Below are positions 1 through 12,800 of a stretch of DNA of 28,837 bases, piece by piece (the stretch's first letter is position 1; every line of letters starts with the position of its first letter). The stretch spans positions 1 through 28,837 of IMG/VR virus record IMGVR_UViG_3300044513_001753. One strand, 5' to 3'. Both the position numbers and the translations under genes were made by a program. The notes beneath the pieces are model-generated. The model did not search any database, had not been told where the DNA came from, and worked only from the letters and a program-made list of their open reading frames with translations. This stretch comes from a virus (lineage: Duplodnaviria > Caudoviricetes).

Positions 1-1
1 T

Positions 2-883
2 TATAACACGAATTTAGCAAATACTTCTGAATTAGTTTCAACTTTAGTTCAAAATAATGTCACAAAGTACTCAGAATCAACTGAGTTAAATAAGTATGGA
101 GCGAGGTTCAAGTATAGTAAATTTTTAAAAGTAATTGATGATAGTCATGAATCTATAACATCAAATATTACAACTATTCAAATGAGACGTGATTTGAGAG
201 TAACATTAAATTCTTTAGTTGAATATCAAATTGGATTTGGAAATTCTTTTTACATTAAAAAAATGAGTGGTTACAATATTAAAACTTCTGCATTTAGAGT
301 TGATGGGATTGGTTCTGATGTTTATATCTCAGACATACCTAACTCAAACAGAGAAACTGGTGAATTATTCTTATTTTCTGTTCCATCCATAAATTCCTCA
401 AGTCCTACCATTGTCAAGAGGAATATTGGAAATATTGACTATAAGAGAGGTGTATTAACATTAAATCCAATAAATGTTTTATCAGGAAAAACAAAAACTG
501 GTCAAACAATTATTGAAATCTCTGGTTCTCCAGTTTCAAATGATGTTGTTGGATTACAAGATCTCTATTTACAGTTAGATATTACAAGTAGTAATTTTGA
601 AACAGTAACAGATGAAATTGCTTCTGGCGTTGATCCTTCAGCGTCTAACTACATTGTATCCTCAAGTTATGCAAATGGCGTCTTAGTACGTCCTGGCGGT
701 AGGGGTAGTGTTCCAGTTTCTACAACAGTCACTACTACCACAACAACTGGAAATACAACTCTTGCAACAGCATCATCTAGTACATCCACATCTACATCTA
801 CATCTACAGCATCATCATCTACATCTACAAGCACTCCATCTTCCGGTGGTGGCGGCGGCAGCAGTTACTCCTCAGGTTACTAA
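2..883 (+). CDS. gp6: Baseplate wedge subunit gp6, C-terminal part (5'-truncated by the window)
   Basis: Frame is open from nt 2 (YNTNLANTSELVSTLVQNNVTKYSESTELNKYGARFKYSKFLKVIDDSHESITSNITTIQMRRDL...), so ATG 182 is internal. FKYSK..ID....I.SN.T, G.IDY..G and P.SNDV motifs are typical of the T4-like gp6 C-terminus. Lies directly upstream of gp7. Confidence 0.88.
   Translation, partial: YNTNLANTSELVSTLVQNNVTKYSESTELNKYGARFKYSKFLKVIDDSHESITSNITTIQMRRDLRVTLNSLVEYQIGFGNSFYIKKMSGYNIKTSAFRVDGIGSDVYISDIPNSNRETGELFLFSVPSINSSSPTIVKRNIGNIDYKRGVLTLNPINVLSGKTKTGQTIIEISGSPVSNDVVGLQDLYLQLDITSSNFETVTDEIASGVDPSASNYIVSSSYANGVLVRPGGRGSVPVSTTVTTTTTTGNTTLATASSSTSTSTSTSTASSSTSTSTPSSGGGGGSSYSSGY
719..880 (+). repeat. 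Ser/Thr/Gly low-complexity tail of gp6, including an (ACATCY)n hexamer run at 782-808
   Basis: acatcc acatct acatct acatct aca encodes TSTSTSTST; the protein ends ...PSSGGGGGSSYSSGY. Confidence 0.9.
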
Positions 884-897
884 TAGAATCATAGAAA

Positions 898-3800
898 ATG
901 TCAGAAAAAAGAGTACAGTTTAATAACATCGTTCAGAACCAGCTCCCCTCTTATGTTAGAGATGAGTTCCCACTTATTTCTGAGTTTTTAAAATCATATT
1001 ATCAAGCACTTGAATTTAAAGGTGCTCCTATTGATTTGATTCAAAATATTGATCGTTATATTAAAATTGATGAAACAACCGGATTAGGTGATTCTGTTGT
1101 TCTATTAAATGAAATATCTGCATCTGATACAACATTAACTGTTGATTTTAGAAATTCTATAACAGGAACTGATGGATTTCCTGAGTCTTATGGATTACTC
1201 AAAATTGATGATGAAATTATCACATATACTGGAAAGACTAGCAACTCTTTTACTGGATGTATTAGAGGATTTTCTGGAGTTACTTCATATAAGAAAGAAG
1301 CAAATCCAGAAAATTTAGTATTTACTTCATCTAGTAAGGTGCTTCATGAAGAGGGTGCTTTAATTGAAAATTTAAGCAACTTATTTTTAAAAGAATTTTT
1401 AGTAAAAATAAAACATCAATTTTTACCACTTCTTGATGAAAGATCTCTTGCTGAGGGTTTAAATGAAAATTTATTCATCAAACAATCTAAAGATTTTTAT
1501 CTGAGCAGAGGAACAGATAGATCTTTTGAAATTTTGTTTAGAGCATTATATAATCAGGATGTTTCTGTAGTTAAACCAAGAGATTTTCTTTTTACGCCAT
1601 CAAACTCTGATTTTAGAATTACAAATGATTTGGTTGTAGAATCTGTAGAAGGAGATCCTCTTGATTTAGATCAGGCAACTCTTTTTCAAGATGATTTTCC
1701 TGAGGCTGGTCTAGTAAAAGCATATGCTCCAATTACCTCAATAGAAAAACTTCAAGTATTTCAAGTAGGAACAGCAAAAAGTTTTTATAAGTTAAGTCTT
1801 GATGGTGGATATGATAGAGACGTTGAGGTTCAAGGTGCGATTCGTGGAGCATTTGGTATTCATCCCAAAACTAGAGTTATTGGACAAGTGGGATCTGGTG
1901 CAAGTATTCTTTTTGTCGATTCGACTGTTGGTTTTGGAACAATAGGAGAACTATCTGTAACTTATAATGATGCTACTACGGGAGTTGTATCATATACCTC
2001 AAAGAACTTTACTCAATTTTTTGGTTGCTCGAATATAACGGGAATTATTCCTGATGGAGAAACTATTGGCATTAATACTTTTGCATATGGAAGATCTTTC
2101 AATGACCAAAATGATATCATTAAGGTTAGGATTAATGCAGTTTTAAGTGATTTTAAATATCCAGAAAATACAAAAAATTTCCAAGACGGTGATATTGCAA
2201 AAATTAAGACTCTTGGTATTGACAAAGATTCGTCAATTTATGATAATTGGTTCTATAACTATTCGTCAAATCACCTAGTAAATTCAATAGAATTGATAGA
2301 TTCTTCGGATAATAGTTACAGACTGACTTTAAATAAAGATCATTTCTTTAAAGAAAGTGATAAACTCGATGTAACTGAGATTAAAGGATCTACTCAACTT
2401 GGGGGAGTGGTATATCGAGTTAATTCTGCCAAATCAATTTCTATAAAGGGATCTGGTTCTTTAGATGTTAATAAAACATATTCTATCACAAGGCAGATAT
2501 TAAAGGGAGATGCTACCAATTTTGGTACAGCTCAATTGTATCAAACAAATGTTCAGGGTATTTTTGACAATCCAGACAATTTCCTTGTAGCATCTTCTTC
2601 TATACCTTCATATTTTGGATCAAGACTTAATGCTAGCGATAGATCGGTAACTTTTTCTGGAACATTTTTAGGGGAAGAATTATTAATATCTCCTGGATCA
2701 AAGCATAATTTATATTCTGGAGATCCAGTTTACTACTCTGTAGGAATTACAACAGAAGCATATGTTGACTTCAGGGGAAAAGTTGGCGTAAGAGAAGTTA
2801 AAAAACAATCCTTGGGTGCTAATTTTCCAGAGGGATTATATTATGTTAAAAGATTATCCGATTCCAGTGTCAAATTAGCGAAAAGTAGAAATGATGTTTA
2901 TAATGAAAAATTTGTATCTGTAGAAAGTTCAGTTACAGTAGATGGTAATGTATTAAGACCATTTCAATTTCAAGACAAAGAATTAAATTCACAGAAAATT
3001 TTAAGAGAAATTCCAAAAACTGCTCAACACACTGGAAAGTTAACACCAACACAACCAGGATTTAATGGAATTTTAGTTAATGGTGTTGAAATATTAAATT
3101 ATAAGGCACCGGACGTTGTTTACTATGGTAAGATTGAAGAGATTGAAGTCATATCGCCCGGAGAAAACTTCGATATCATCGACCCACCACTATTACATAT
3201 TAATGATAGTGTTGGAACTGGTGCAACTGGAAATATCGCAGTTTCTGGATCTCTAGAATCTATTAGAGTTTTTGATCCTGGATTTGATTATGATGAAACT
3301 CCAGTAATCACCATAACTGGTGGTAATGGATCTGGAGCAGTTGCTCAACCAAATATGAAGTTGATTGAGCACTCGGTTCCATTCTTCTCTGAAGTAGCAT
3401 CAAATAAAATTACGTTAGGTGCCACTGCATCTACTATTGGATTTTCAACTTATCATAAACTGAGAAATGGTGAACATGTCATCTATAGAACCAATGGTCA
3501 AACCGCTGTTGGCGGATTAACAACTGATGCAAAGTATTTTGCAAGGACAACTAATGATGTTACAGTAACACTTCACAATAATCTTGCAGATGTTATTGCA
3601 GGAATCAATACTGTATTACTAACATCATATGGTAATGGTTCACATAACCTCGAAACCGTAAATAAAAAATCAGTTGTTGAATCAATATCAGTCATTAGTA
3701 GCGGTGATGGATATGAAAACAAAAAGAGATCTTGTGGAATAACTGGTATAAGTACATCTCTTAATTATATTGAAATTAAAAATCATGATTACAAGTCTGG

Positions 3801-6800
3801 AGAGACGGTAAAATACACTGCAGGATCTTCACCTATAAGTGGTTTAACTGATGAAAGCGAATATTATGTTATTAAAATAGATAATGACAAGTTTAGATTA
3901 GCAAATGTTGGTCTTACAACATCAACACAGAGATATTTTTATGAAACTAATCAACATATCAATCTAACTTCTGTAGGTGCCGGAACGCACTCTTTCAATT
4001 ACCCAGATATTTCTGTTGCAATTTCTGGACAAATTGGGATATCTTCGATTGGTCTGGAAACATTTCAAGCACAACTGCAACCAATTTTTAGAGGAGAGAT
4101 TACATCAGTCAATTTAACAAATAATGGTGTTGGATACGGTGCCTCAGAGGTTTTAAATTTAGACAGATCTCCGTTGACCATAGCAGTTCCTGGACAGGAT
4201 GCACAATGTCAACCAATTATTAACCAGGGAAGAATAGAAGAAATTCTTGTATTAAATCCTGGAAGACAGTATATTTCTCCACCAGACCTTACAATTAATG
4301 GAGAAGGGATTGGTGCGGTCATAACTCCAGTGTTAACTAATGGAACTTTATCTGCAATTAAAGTTCTTGAGCCTGGTGCGGGGTATAATCAAAATACAAC
4401 TACTATCAGTGTAATTCACCCCGGAGAAGGTGAAGTATTAAAAGCAAAACTGCAAACATGGAGAGTTAATTTATTCCAAAAATATCTTTATTCACTCTCG
4501 GATGATGATGGAGTTATTGAGAATGGGTCTAACGAAGACTTTGGTATGCAGTATTGTCACATATATGCTCCAAGAAAATTAAGACAATTATCATACTCTG
4601 TTGATGGTGACGGTAACCAACAGTATGGAGAATCTGATTTACAAATAAACGTTAATACGAAGCAAGAAAACGTTTCTACAAATCATTCTCCAATTATCGG
4701 ATGGGCTTATGATGGTCATCCAATCTATGGACCATATGGATATAAGACAAGATCTGGTGGATCTGTCACTATTATGGAAACTGGATACGTAGAAAAAACA
4801 GATACACCACAAAGACCTCCGTTAACATCATGGCCATCTGGTTTCTTTATTAGTGATTTTGTTTACCAAAATCAAACTTCAGAATCTGTTCTCGATGAGA
4901 ATAATGGAAGACATTGTGTTACTCCAGATTTCCCTGAAGGAACTTATGCATATTTTGCCACCATAGCATCTGACGAAGCAGATACACAATCTCCGTTTAC
5001 TAACTTTAGAAGACCCAAATTTCCATATCTGATTGGAGAAAACTTCCACGCAAAACCAAATGAATTTAATTTCAAAAAATTATCAAATCAAGATAATTTT
5101 AATATTAATACAACAGATTATATAAAAAATACTAGACCATTTAATTTCTTTGATGATAAAGATATTGAATATAAGTATCTCTCTTTACCATCAAAATTAT
5201 CTCAAGAAGTTGAAGTAAAAAATGCAGCGAGAGGTAAGGTCGCTAGCGTTGGTATTATAACCGGCGGAATCAATTACAAAGTAGGTGACCCAGTTGTATT
5301 TAATAATGCTGAAACAGGCGGTACAGGCGTTTCTGCAAGGGTCTCACACGTCCTAGGGAAACCAGTTGATAGTGTTAGTTTAGCCACTAGTTCTATAGCA
5401 AATGTAGAATTTTATCCAAATGGAAAAGGAAAATACTTACTGTTTACTAATGACCCACATAATATTCAAAATTTTGATACAATATCAATAACTGGAGTAT
5501 CAACGACTGCATCCGACCTTGAAGGATTTTACAATGCAGGAATTGGTACAAATGTATACAAGGTTGCTGGTACAGGTATCTCGACTAATGGAATTGGTTC
5601 AGTTGCATATACTGGATTAGTCACATACTTTAATTTAACTGGAAATTTAAATTATCCAAATATTAGAGAAAATGATGTAATTCAAATAGGAGCGGAACAA
5701 GTAAAAGTTCTAAACGTTGATAATCGTTTATCAAGAGTTAGAGTTCTTAGATCTTTAAATGGTGTTGTTGGAGTTGCTCATACTGTTGGAACAGCAGCGA
5801 CTGTAACTCAAAGAAAACTGAGCATTTCTGCTGGATTTAAAACTGATTTTGATTATAAAGTCAACAAACAGATATATTTTAATCCAATAGAAGTTGTTGG
5901 ATTAGGTAGCACAGGTGGAGTTGGCATCGGGACTACAATTTTCTTTGAGAATCCAGGAACTGGGGCAACTTCTATCACAATACCGACCAAAACTATTTTT
6001 ATTAAAGACCATGGACTTCAGACTGGTGATATAGTCACATACTCATCAAATAAAGACATTCATGGAAATTCGGGCAAAGGAATTGTAATTTCTGATAATC
6101 ATGTATCTGCTGGAATTGGTACAAGCATTGGTGATGGAACTAATTTATTTGTTGCTAAAGTTGCAAACAATTTAATTGGATTAGCCACTGCAAGAGTTAG
6201 TCTTGGAAGTACTGGGATATTTGAGGGTGTAGTTGGTTCAACTAAAATTACTACATTATCATTCATTGGAATTGGATCAGGTGTTTATCATAGTCTTAAA
6301 ACTAACCATAGTGTTGTTACAGGAACTATTAATAAAAATACGGTTACAGTTGCGACAGGAGAAACTCATGGGATTCATATTGGTCATGATATTGTATTAG
6401 ATGTTAACCCAGGAATCACTTCATCCTTTAATATTTCATACAATGATTATAATAGAAAACTAATTGTAAATCCAAAATCATATACCTCTACTGGAATCAA
6501 CACTTCTACCGGTGTGGTTACCATTGAAAATCATGGATTTGTAAGCGGTCAAAAGATTGTTTACACTGAAAATCAATCCAATCCAACACAAGGTCTTGTA
6601 GATAATAAGATTTATTACCTTTCTATAGTTGATGGAAACTCTTTTAGATTTTCCAACACATTTAAGAATGCTACTATGGCGATTCCAACTACTGTTGGGT
6701 TAGCAAGTACTGGTTCTGGTGGAGTAATTAATCCAATTAATCCTCCGTTGAAATTGTATAAAAATTCTACAGTTACATTTAATTTAACAGACGTATCTCT

Positions 6801-9800
6801 TTCTCACGAGATTCAATCTACAAATTATCCATCATTTGAGTTTAACTTATACAACGACAAAAACTTTACCAATAAGTATGTTGGAAAAATTAGTAATGGT
6901 AAAGATTATGACGTTCTTAGATCTGGCACAGTTGGTGTTGATGGAATTGCAAAGGTTACTTTAGTTGTTAATGAAAAAACACCGGATAAACTCTATTATA
7001 GACTTGATCCAACATATGAAAGTGGTGATGTTCCTGCAGTAAAATCTGAAATCAATGTTGATGATGAAGTTTTTGAAAATAATACAGCATCAGTTGTAAA
7101 AAGCATTTATAATGGTAAGTATAAAATTTCTACTATATCACCAAATTCATTTAGTTTTTCCATAGGTCCAACCCCAGAGAATTCTGCTTATATTTCATCA
7201 ACTTCCTCTGCAGAGATTATCTACGAAACAGATTGTACCCATACTGAGGGTTCAATAAGAAAAATTCAAGTTACTAATAGTGGACAGGGTTATCAATCCT
7301 TACCCGGCATTACTACAGTTGCTACTATCAGAGGTACAGGTGCAATTTTAGAAGCACAAAGTAATAATATTGGTAGAATAACTAAAACTCATCTTAAGAA
7401 TATTGGATTTGATTTCCCATCAGATAAAACACTTAGACCATCGATTGCATTGCCAAATATTATTAAAATTAGATCATTAAAGTCATTTGATGTTATTGGA
7501 ATATCTTCAGGAGGAAGAGGTTATTCTTCTGCACCTAAACTGTTGGCGTTTGATGGAAAAACAAATCAACTTCTCAATGACGTAGATCTTGACTATGATC
7601 TTGGTGATAATCGGGTAACAATTCTTAAAAATACAAAGGGGATGAGCAATACTCTTCCTAAGATTTTACCAATTTACAATACTAATGGTTGTGGAATTAG
7701 TACAATTGGATTTAATACTGTGACCAATGAGGTCACTGCTGAATTATCTGTCGGATTTAGTGCATCAGACGATTTTCCAGTTGAAGTCGGTGATAAAGTG
7801 ATGATTGAAAATATTAGTATTGGTATTGGATCTACCGGAATAGGATATAATTCATCCGATCATAATTATAAGCTTTTCCCTGTTATTGCTGTAGATAAAA
7901 ATCTAGGTGGAGTTGGAGCAACCTTTAGTTATAGTATGGAAGGTTTGTTTGACAAATCTAAAGGAGAATTTATTGGAGAGTTTAATAAATTTAATTCTTC
8001 CGGAAGAGTTATTGCAGAAAGACATTTCCCTATCTTTAATATTTCACTTAAGGATAATGAATTCCTTGATGGAGAAGAAGTTAAGTCCCCCACAACTTCA
8101 GGAACTGTTGAGAGTTGGGATAGAAAGACTGGAACTCTTAGAATTTCTACATCTAAAAACTTTACACCAGGTGAAGTAATTGAAGGTTCTGCTTCCAATA
8201 CTCAAGGAATTGCTGATCGTGTGGAAATCTATGAGTCAATTCTCAACACGGATGCTTCATCCAGAGTTGTTAAAGGATCTATTACTAACTCTGGATTCCT
8301 TAATGCCAATATGCAGAGAGTTCAAGATAGTTTCTATTATCAAAATTTCTCATATTCATTAAGATCAAGAGTTGATTTTGATAGTTGGAATGATGTTGTA
8401 AGTGCAACAAATCATACCGCAGGATTCAAAAAATTCTCCGATTATCAATTAGAAACTCCAGCAGAGTTTAGTGAAGTTACATCAAATTCTATGGCAGTAG
8501 GATTATCCACAGATCTTTCATATTTCACTGTTGTTAATGATCTTTATAGTATCGGAAACTTAAATTGTACTCAAGATTTTGATCTTGCTCTAGAAAATTC
8601 ACTTAATGCTTCCGGTAGTGTATTCTCTGATGAAATTATTTTTGCAAGTAGAATTTTAACGGATTTCTTTGAATCATTTGGAAACAGAGCTGTTGATTTT
8701 GATGATGTCAGTCATCTGTTTAATAGTAACCCGAGAGCAACTAGATTTCAATTAATTGACGAATTTAATGTTTCTAATAGTAGATTCCTGAAATATTTTA
8801 TCTACTTTAAAGATGAAAGATTTGACGGGGAAAGGCAATTTGGAATTGTTAATATGATTCAGGATGGTAGATTTGCATATTTCAATCAATATGGAAGAAT
8901 GTATAGTCAGGGTGAACTTGCAGATTTTGATTTTAAAATATCTGGTACTCAAGGATCTTTACAATTCTTCCCCAGAAGATTTGCACTCAACGATTACCAA
9001 ATTGTCAGTCTTGCATATCATTTAGATGATAACGTTGTAGGTCTCGGAACTTCTATAGTTCTAGGAAATGGATCTGTAGATATTCGCACAACTAGTGTTG
9101 CTCTTCCTTCAGGTGGAGGAGTTAGAACAACAATTGTATCAACTGCCGCAACAACCAGATCACTTAAGGTGATGTCTCTTGTTTCAGATCCAGCAACTAA
9201 TGATCATGAGTATAATGAATTAAACATAGTTCATGATGATAGTGAAGTCAGCGTAACTGAATTTGGTAGATTAATGACTACCGATAACAGTACCTCATTC
9301 AGTGGTACAGGATTTGGAACTTATTATCCATATCTCGATAGCAATTTACTGAAAGTTGATTTCATACCAAGTGTTAGTGCTGCAATGACATGTAACACCA
9401 TGCAGATTGGTTTTGGTACTGATGGTATAACTGGTCTTAGTACGGATCAAATGAAGCATGCTATTCTTGAGGGTGGATCAACATCAATCTCTGCTTCTGG
9501 GACTCCTGGTATAACCACTGTTGCCGATTATACTAATGATTATGATTCGTCGTATTTCATGGTATCAATCACAGATACAACAAATAATACCTACGAAATG
9601 AGAGAGCTCGTTCTTATTGACACGGATAGTAATGAGGATGGAACAGGAGAAGTAGAAGTTCAGGAGTTTGGTATTGTTGAAACTGATACAAATCTTCCGT
9701 ACATAACCGGACTCGGAACTTTTGGTGCAAGAGTTAATTCTGGTGGTGGAGTTTCACTAACTTTCACTCCACAGCCAAATATTGCAGTTGATGTTAAAAC

Positions 9801-12800
9801 TTACACTCAAGCATTAAGAATTGAGGATGATAGTAGGGACCAAAGAAATTTTGGTAATGGACTATTTGTTACAAACTTTGCAAGATATGAAGGAACAGAA
9901 AATGCGGTCAAGAAGACATTTACTTTGGAGCATAGATCTGCACCTATATTTGAGAAGTATTTCTTAGGAAATGATTCTGATATTATTAGTATCAGCGCCA
10001 ATTCAATTGAGATTCCGAATCACTTCTTTGTTTCTGGAGAAAAAATTCGTTATGATAGAAATGGTGGAATTACTTCATCTATTGGTATTGGTCTAACAAA
10101 TATTTCTGGAGTGGGTAATACGGAGTTCTTACCAATTGACACAGATTTATTTGTCATTAAAATTAGCGATAATAAGATACAACTTGCGTCTTCTGCAGAA
10201 AATGCCCTTAAGAAGATTGCAGTTCCTATGGAAATCACAAGTGTTGGAATTGGAACTTCGCATAGATTTAGTGCAACTAATCAAAATTCAAGATGTCTCA
10301 TCGCAATTGACAATTTAATCCAATCTCCAATTGTTTCTACCTCACAAACAACCGGTCTTTCCACTAATGTAAGTACCGTTGATAATATTATTAAAATAAG
10401 TGGTATACAATCATACTTTGGATCAGATCTCGTAAAAATGGGTGACGAGATTATGAAGATTATGTCTGTCGGTGTAGGAAGTACAAACGCTGTTAGAGTT
10501 AGAAGAGGTCAACTTGGAACAAAGATTGGTACGGGAAACACTGGAGAACCAATTACTAAAGTTGTTGGGAACTATAATATTACAGATAGTGTAGTTCACT
10601 TTGCTGAAGCACCTTACGGTTTAGTTCCAATTGGTAGTACCACAAATCCACCAGATGAACGAGATTGGGAAGGTATTTCAGCAAGTTCTTCTTTCCAAGG
10701 AAGAATGTTCATGAGATCTGGTGTTGAAGATACTACACAAGATACCTACCATACAAATTATCTTTTTGATAGTCTTTCAAATAAATTTGATGGTAATACC
10801 TCGGTATATTCACTAACTTCCATTGGATCATCCGATATTACTGGAATTTCAACTGGAAATGCGATCATTCTTGTAAATGACATTTTACAAGGTCCTGGAT
10901 TTAGTAGAGACTTTACATTGGGTGAAAATTCAGGTATTACTACTATTGCTTTCACTGGAACTGCTTCATCTACAATTACAGATGCTAATACTTCTGGATT
11001 ACCTCTTGGTGGCGTTCTTCTTTCTCTTGGTTCTACTGAAGGATTTGGATATCAACCTTTAGTTTCTGCAGGTGCAACTGCTAAGGTTACTAATGTAGGA
11101 GTTCTTACTGACGTTGCAATTGGCAATACTGGATCTGGATACAGAGTTGCTGAAAAGTATGAATTCCTTGTTGATACTAATGAGTTTATAGGAATTGGTT
11201 CTACTAACGTGTTTATTCCTAATACGGGAAGTGTTCTTGATCTTCTCCCCCAATTGAATACTGGATCTAACTGTGAAATTGAGTTTGGAAGAGTTGCCGA
11301 TCAATATGTCTCAGGAACTATTGTATCGTCCGCATCAACGTTTGTAAGATTTGATACGAACGATGCATTGTCCGTGGGAATTCCTACAGGAACTAGAGCT
11401 CGCGTTATTGTATCAAATCCTCCAATTGGATTTGTTAATATTAGTGCTGCTTCTACAAGTGTTGGCATTGAAACTTCAAAATATCACGTTGGATTTGCAA
11501 CCATTATTAATGGAAACGTCTCCACTGCTATTTCTGTCACCAATAATTCTTCTCCAAGATTCTATCCTGCAAAATCAATCACTAATGTCGGATATAGTTC
11601 TATTACAGGTATAACAACTGTTACTACATCTACTGCTCATGGATTAAGTGAAGGTGAATCAATTGAGTTGTCTGGTATTGCATTTACTTGTACATACGCA
11701 CCACCCATTAATGTCTCTGATGCCGATTATAATAATTTAACTGGTGTCACTACAATCACTACAGCAACACCACACCTCTTACAAGTTGGAAAGGGTGTTG
11801 TTCTGACAGGTATTGCATTCACTTGTGGTCTTGATAATGGTAGTTCTACTCACACATATCCAAGAACAACTGATCCTGCATATTGTGGAGTTTCAGTTAT
11901 TGAAATTGTTAATTCCACAAAATTTGTTGTTAACACTGGTCCATCAACAGTTCCAACATTTTATCAAAGTGGTGGAACAATTCAAGGTGCAATTATTGAT
12001 GCTCCAAGGAAAAAGAATAAGTCTGCTACCGGAAATGATTTTGCATCTGGTGGATCTTCTGTATTAGCAGTTCTTTCACCCACATCATTTGTGGTTAATA
12101 CTGGAGTCTCAACATGTCCTCACTTCTATAATAGATGTGGTAAAGTTAATAGGCCACTGTCTCTGTTTATTGACGATCCTTTAGCATATACAAATATTCC
12201 TATTAGTTATGTTGGTGCAGCAAATTCTGGATTGAATGGAACAGTTGATATTGTTGTTGGTAATGGTTCTAGTATAGTTGATTTCTCTATCAATAATAAG
12301 GGTATTGGGTATAAAGAAGGTGAAGTTCTTACAATTTCAACTGGTGGTCTTACTGGAATCCCTACAACAGGAACAACTAGCAACTTCAGAAACTTTGAGT
12401 TGACAGTTCAAAAAGTATTCTCTGATGAGTTTACCGGATGGAGTGTTGGTGTTATCCAACCACTTGATGACCCATCATTTCTGTTTGATGGGGTAACTAG
12501 AGCATTTAATCTTTCCCTTGCAGGCAGTCAAATTTCTATTAGATCTCCAAGAGGATCTAAGGTTGATGTTGAAAAAGTTCTTATTGTCACTATTAATGAT
12601 ATTCTTCAAGAACCAGGTAAAGGTTATGAATTCCCAGGTGGTAGTGTAATAAAATTTGCAGAACCACCAAAACCAGGTGATAGTTGTAAGATTCTTTTCT
12701 ATAAAGGAACCGGAGATGACACTGATGTTATCTTTAGAGAGGTTATTGAAACTGTTAAAACAGGTGATACATTAACTCTTGGATATGATAGATCTTCTGG

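Noticed and set aside
182-184. ATG 182 as the start of a standalone 233-aa gene
   Set aside because: The frame is open to the window edge and gp6 motifs continue upstream.
708-923. 71-aa His/Leu/Gln-rich + strand ORF (HPHLHLHLQHHHLHL)
   Set aside because: Alternative-frame reading of the ACATCT/TCA repeats in the gp6 tail; it overlaps gp6 and gp7 and has no evident SD.
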